Shown: positions 32,595-37,979 of the stretch, piece by piece
How the letters are laid out: each line of letters starts with the position of its first letter
How positions within the stretch are numbered: position 1 is the stretch's first letter
DNA from: Piedraia hortae CBS 480.64
Taxonomy: Eukaryota
DNA: 37,979 nt
Direction of reading: 5' to 3'
NCBI GenBank assembly: GCA_010093745.1
Contig: MU006047.1
Span: forward strand, 1-37,979
The notes under the pieces: model-generated
Told to the model about the DNA's origin: nothing
What the model saw: only the letters and a program-made list of their open reading frames with translations
Database searches by the model: none
Translations under genes and position numbers: made by a program

Positions 32595-33940
32595 CTAAGA
32601 AAGGTCCTGACTCAAACAAACCCGACCGAGCTTACGGGGCTGGGCACACGCCCAACTACAAGCCTTACAAAGAAATGGTAAGACAGCATCAGGCCGTAGT
32701 TCTTGCTGGCCAACCTGTCCATGCTGTCCACGAAACCAATACTCCATCCCTTTTGCTCGCGCCACTATGAAGGGGTGGCCGCATACGGAACAAAATTCAG
32801 CCGGAAAGCTGATTGTGCGGTCCAGTATGGACATCATAGCGGGTGAGATATATGGCTCTAGACTTGTTAGAACACTTCTTGTACAGTCCAAAGCCTGCAA
32901 CGTCCGCAATTTCAGCTCAAACAATGATGGTACGGAGCAGTGTACAGCTTTCGTAACATGCGCCGCGGAAACTCTGCTACCATCTATTGTAAAGTATTTG
33001 ATCGTCGAAGACGCCAGGTAAATCAGGCAGTTACCATCTGATATGTGGTGGTCGAGGTCCAAACTTCTGATGACGGACTTCAGCCTCAGATCGAGGTCAT
33101 CTCTTGTCAGCCTCCCTGAATAGTTGTCCTTCCCAGAGATCATCTTCGGATCGGCTGAAGCAATCCATTCACCCAGTTCCCAGGGTTGTACTAGTGGGTT
33201 TGGCCGAATGATAACCTTGCAGTGGTGCCCACGATGGCACATGATCTCTAGTAGCTCCCATGGCAGATGCTTTAATTTGTTCCCGGCTATGTTCAAGGAC
33301 TGTATCCGGGAAAGTTGGTTGATCACTGCCGGAAGAAGTTCGAGAGAATTATTTCTCACACTAAGAACGGTAATGTTCGAAAGTGAGAACAATTCCGAGG
33401 GCAGTCTTTTCAAGTAGTTTCCTGCAAGTTACACCTGGATATCTGGTGTTAGCGTCTCAAAGACCTCTTCACGGGCGGACTGTTATGGTCTGGTCGAGCC
33501 CTGCGATACAAATGCTTGAGCTGCTAGATGGTTTCATTCGGCTGATCGGCCAAGCCGAGGCCTGACAGATCCACCTTCTCCATACCATCTTCGACGCAGC
33601 GGTGAACTATGACATACGCCAGTGGAGCGTCATATCTGGTTTTGGGTATCCACACCCCACTATCTACGCTTATCCGACTGCCCGCGCTCGGCACTCCTCG
33701 GCTCCATTCTGATTACGAGTTTCGCTGTAAACTCCACTATGGCCCCCTTATTACTCGCTTGCGTCGGGGGTGGCCCAAATCCAGCTCATCATTAGCTGAA
33801 GTTGCATCAGAAAACAGTGGATTGCTACTGCCACTTTCGTAGTTACTTCAGTGACGTTTTCGTTGGTTATAACATTTGGATTGTTGAGGGGCTTCCGGAT
33901 GCTGTGGCTGTTGTGGTGGCGATGAGGGGATTCCCCATTG
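32595..33940 (-). pseudogene. Leucine-rich-repeat protein pseudogene (conserved fungal LRR family)
   Basis: Reading through stops gives IPSSPP..RKRH*..SSNPLFSD..PRRKRVIRGP*W..DSGVW..CVEDGMEKVDLSGLGL..TI*QL, a frameshift near 33475, then FETLTPDIQV*LAGNYLKRLPSELFSLSNITVLSVRNNSLELLP (LRRs) and C-terminal CSVC..ACSWAC. Stops at 33850, 33739, 33715, 33526, 33431. Confidence 0.75.
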
Positions 33941-34216
33941 TTCTGTTTTTGTAACAACAAAATGCCAAAAGTCTTGGCTTAGTGCGGATACCTTGCGCCT
34001 TGGCATTCTTTATTCGTTGCAAAAACAACCGATGACAGGACGGTCCGAACTCAGACGGACCTAAGGCGCTCTAGATACATTGTCCTTTGCTTTCATCCTT
34101 TTGTGCCTACAATGATGGCATCGCTGACGTTATGTCCGTTGATACGACAAAGGTCTTTTCCTATATACCTATCATGTTCAGATTCTCTCATTTTTTCGAC
34201 TTTACCTCAAAGTGAG

Positions 34217-36667
34217 ATGTTGCTAAGGGTTATTTCCACTGCTCTAGTCTGCTTGGCAGCTGTCAAGGCTGTGAATGCTGACTGCAATCCGTTGAAATCT
34301 TGTAAGTTTGCATGATCGAGAATCGAGGAAAAAGCTAATAAATCTCAAATAGCGTGTCCTTCCGTACGTGGTTTCGCTTCGAAGTTTGCTGTTGACTTTA
34401 CCAACAATCCAAAAAGTCAATTCAAACGATTGGACTATTGCCGCTTATGAAGACCAACTCATCCATTCGGGTTCCCAAGGTCTGGAATTACGCCTCACTA
34501 ATTATACTGCTGCTCCTGCCCTGTGGACAATGCGCTATCTCCACTATGGCACAGTCTCGGTAGTCCTGCAGGCGGCTCCCGGAACTCGGGTCATCAGTGG
34601 CGCCGTGATGTTGTCTGATGATGCTTATGAAATTGATTGGGAATTTTCTGGCAACAACTTTGGACAGTCACGGCCAACGGTGCAAGCCAATTATTACGGT
34701 AAAGGCATCACTGGCTACTGGAATCGTGAAACGCAGTCTCAAGCAAGTGGCGATGTGATTACAAATTTCTTCAACTACACTCTAATTTGGTTGCCGCAAT
34801 CGTTGACTTGGATGATCAAGGGCCAAGGTGTGCGAACACTAATGGCCGCGGATGCTAACACCAACGATCATCAATATCAACAAACTCCTGCCAGGTTCTA
34901 TCTTTAGCTCTTTGATGGCGGTGCTCCCACCACTGCCCGAGGAACCGTTGACTGGTCTGGTGGCCGTACCGATCTCACCAAATCCCCCTACAGCATGTTT
35001 GTGCGCAGCCTACATTCAGCCATACAAGCCTTGCGGGCAGTACCCATACAGTTACATGTCTGACAGTTCCGCCAGTATCAATTGCACCAGCTAGGAAGAC
35101 GTTGTTTCCTTGTCCACAAGCTCGTCAGCACTGAGCTCCACTGCCACTAAGCCTGCTGCTACGTGTGGTACACCCATGCCGACTCCAACACAGCCCGGTG
35201 CCGTGTCTGGATGTGCCGTTTACTACAAGGTTCAAGCAGGTGATGATTGTGATACCATCGCACGCAACTTGAGTGCCACTGCTGTGGATGTTAAAGCTTG
35301 GACACCAACCATCGGCGACCAATATTGGAACCTGTGGGCAAATTACTACATTTGAGGTTCCACGCCCGGCCAATGTCATGCAACGAGCTCGACGTCGTCA
35401 ACCACGGTATCTATCGTCTCGTCTGCGTCTCAGCAGTCCTCGATGACTTCGACCACAACGACATGTACAGCGCCTTCTATCTTTATCAAGTCTTCGTCAA
35501 CGTCTACGTTTTCCTCGTCAACGTCAACATCTCAGCAGTCCTCGGTACTATCAAATTCGACGTCTACAACGACCTCAATTTCTGTCAAATCTTCGGCCAC
35601 TTCTGCATCTTCCTCAACTTCAACGTCCATGTCGTCAACGTCTTCAGCATCCTCAAGCTCGGTGATCTCTTCGGTTACCCATGTCTCTTCGAATTCATCC
35701 ACTCCGTCGTCATCGCCTACGTCTTCACAACCGCCAGTGTCTTCAAAACTCCCGCCCACGGTACCTTCAACTCTCAGGACCCTATCGGGAACTGTCGCAC
35801 CCGTATCGATCACTGAGACCTTGACTGCGCTCTCTTCGCCTGTGAACAGCCCCTCTGTTGGCACATCGGTCCCGATTACCATGACTTTGACGACGTTCTC
35901 TTCGTCTGCCAGCACTACCTCAGTTGAAGCGTCAATTTCAATCACCAAGACGCTGACAACATTGTTCCCACCTACAAGCGTTGCCCCATCAACTTCAAGC
36001 CAGTCAACTCAAGCCGTACCAACCAGCTCAACTGCTGCCAGCTCTAAGCCAGTTAATTCCAGTTGACCTTCAAGCCCGGTGGCAAGCCAGGCTACCCCGT
36101 TTGCCCCGGAGGCAACTCCACTACATACACAGCTTTGAACGGCCGCCAATGCGTCATCGAGTGCGATGTCGATCATACTGGCGAGGACTTGATATGGTAC
36201 AGGCTATCTGGACCTGATTTTTTGGGCAGTGTATTGAGAAGTGTGCCGACGATGACAAGTGTGTTGATGTCAGCCGTAGCCGCAATACATGTTATTTGAA
36301 GAGCACACTCATGCCAGTGCGGACTGTTTACAATGTCTGGGGTGCCAGAGCCACGACTTCAGATTACCCTGCTGTTGCTAGCAAACTCGACGCCTTTACA
36401 TACAACGGGTGTTACAAAGAAGTTCCTGGTCATGCACTTCGAGGAAAGTCACAATCTAGCAGCAGTATGAACAACCAAGGCTGTGCAAAACTCTGTTCAG
36501 GCTACCAGTTTTTCGCCACAGAATACGCCTCGGAATGCTACTGCGGGAACACCCTTGACGCCAGCTCTGCGGTGGTCAACGATGGACGCTGCTTCATGGC
36601 AAGTGCTGATGATAATTCTGTCATGTGCGGTGGACCTAATGAGCTTAGCTTGTACCATGCAGTCTGA
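34217..36667 (+). pseudogene. Disrupted multidomain secreted protein: signal peptide - GH16 (Crh-like) - LysM - S/T linker - Apple/PAN-like - WSC (~800 codons)
   Basis: Signal peptide plus CNPLKS|SCP (intron 34302-34352); EIDWE at 34629-34643; QTPAR..GTVDWSGG.TD; PTPTQPGAVSGCAVYYKVQAGDDC (LysM); CPGGNSTTY..IEC..CIEKC..CVDVS..CYLK..VWGAR; YNGCYKE..CAKLC..EYASECYCGN..CGG (WSC). Four stops and four frameshifts. Confidence 0.82.
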
Positions 36668-36709
36668 CCCCTGCTGATTTAGTTCCCACCCCTGTTAGTG
36701 TCAATCTTT

Positions 36710-36716
36710 TATAAAA
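36710..36716 (+). promoter_or_regulatory. TATA box of Bys1-like gene
   Basis: TATAAAA ~90 nt upstream of ATG 36808, followed by a CT-rich leader. Confidence 0.55.
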
Positions 36717-36807
36717 GTTATGTTTCCAGGGATTTCTTCCATCACTCCTTCAACCTCAAACACTCCTTCAGCCATCGCTCTCATTATCCCTTCTACAAAC
36801 GCTCGTT

Positions 36808-37595
36808 ATGATTTCCTTCATCAAAGCTGCCCTGACCATCGCGGTCATGTCTCTCTCTATCATCACCACCGCGATGCCTCTTTCGGCCCCGCCTGGCGTT
36901 TCCTCCGGAGGGGTTCCAGGACATTTCTGGCACGTTGAGCCGTTTACGATTCAATGGCCCGACCGTTCCATTGAGATTATCGCCAATATCTCCGAGACCA
37001 TGCCTGGCTGGGACTCCCAGTGGGTCCCGCCTGGTCATCAACACTCCCGTAACATTGAAGCTCGTGAAGGAGGATCAGGCGTTACGGCTCATGTCTTCAA
37101 TCAGTGCTCGTACCCGATCTACGCCCACGCCTCAATTGGGGATAGCTGCAACGTACGTGTTCCTCCGGCTGACGACCCGGATGGACTTGGCACGTACATG
37201 ATCCAGCCTGGACAGTCTTGGACATCGAATATTCGTGCGGCCATCAATGGCAAAGGTGGTGTGTCTATCAAGTTGGGTAAATACAAGTCCATGTAAGCAA
37301 ATCGTTCGTAATACCGTGCGAACCGCTAATGCTTGACAGGGATCCGAATAATATTTACCAGATTGAATTTGCACAGGTGGCCAACAATGTAGGAGAAATG
37401 GCATTGTGGTACGATCTAAGCAGTGAGTTCGCCGTGGACCCGTTTTTGGATGAAGCCCGCCTTTTGCAGGTTGGCAGTCCGGCAGCCAGCTGTGCGACGC
37501 TTTACAACGCACCGGGATCCTCTTTGGACGATTGGGCACACAGGTCCAGCGTTTCTTGCCTGACTTTGCAAGATTTTTACTTTTATCTTTGCTAG
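36808..37595 (+). CDS. Secreted Bys1/thaumatin-like protein, 2 exons (36808-37292, 37340-37595), ~246 aa
   Basis: Signal peptide and pro-region ending IEAR; AHVFNQCSYPIYAHAS; GGVSIKL; IYQIEFA; LWYDLS; C-terminal Cys. Intron 37293-37339 (GTAAGC..CTAAT..CAG) keeps the frame. Confidence 0.75.
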
Positions 37596-37979
37596 ACGTT
37601 TGACTGCAAGGCTACGAAAGTGAGACGTTAATGTATTAATGAGAAGAATACGATTAATTTCTTCTTCGCCTCAGCAGCTTCATAGATCACTGTGATGTTC
37701 GTTCATGCCGAAATTTAGTCGTGCAAAGAATGTAGTTTGTCGTCTTGTCGTGTTCGTCGTTGATGGCAGATATTGAATTAGGCTGTCTCTCTCGATTCGC
37801 ATTGTGCATGGAGACCGGTTACCTTTAAAAACTTCACTAGATTCATTTCAGTAGGACACTGACAATGTCACGGAAGCAACGTGGCCGAAGCCAAGTTTGG
37901 GGTATGATCGTCGTTTCTCCACTCGCGAGCCAGGAAATATTATAATTGTGAGCAGATGTGTACCTGCATACAAATCTCT

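Noticed and set aside
33431..36066. Stop codons rescued by A-to-I editing (UAG to UGG, e.g. RGP*W at 33739) or an alternative genetic code
   Set aside because: The same genes also contain TAA and TGA stops and frameshifts, and intact neighbours use all three stops normally.

Overview
Gene-dense genomic DNA from a filamentous ascomycete (Pezizomycotina). The basis is short (about 43-75 nt) GT-AG introns with CTRAY-type branch points and fungal-type proteins. I can support 15 apparently intact genes: NUP2-like nucleoporin, HEL2/ZNF598 E3 ligase, a conserved hypothetical protein, a secretory lipase, two MFS transporters, a Trp-rich GPI protein, TRM44, an AhpC/TSA-like protein, Pol delta subunit 4, an integral membrane protein, an SRP40-like protein, a SAM methyltransferase, cytochrome c1 and a Bys1-like secreted protein. 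Three decayed genes lie among them: a GT34 glycosyltransferase, an LRR protein and an unusual GH16-LysM-S/T-Apple-like-WSC secreted protein. A gene-free island at about 3.7-7.2 kb holds a Tc1-like transposase relic, a ~120 bp inverted-repeat pair, a degenerate ~140 bp tandem duplication and a 37 bp palindrome centred on a Gcn4/CpcA site upstream of HEL2. Exon structures were reconstructed by hand and family calls rest on remembered motifs, not database searches. No RNA genes or CRISPR arrays were recognised.
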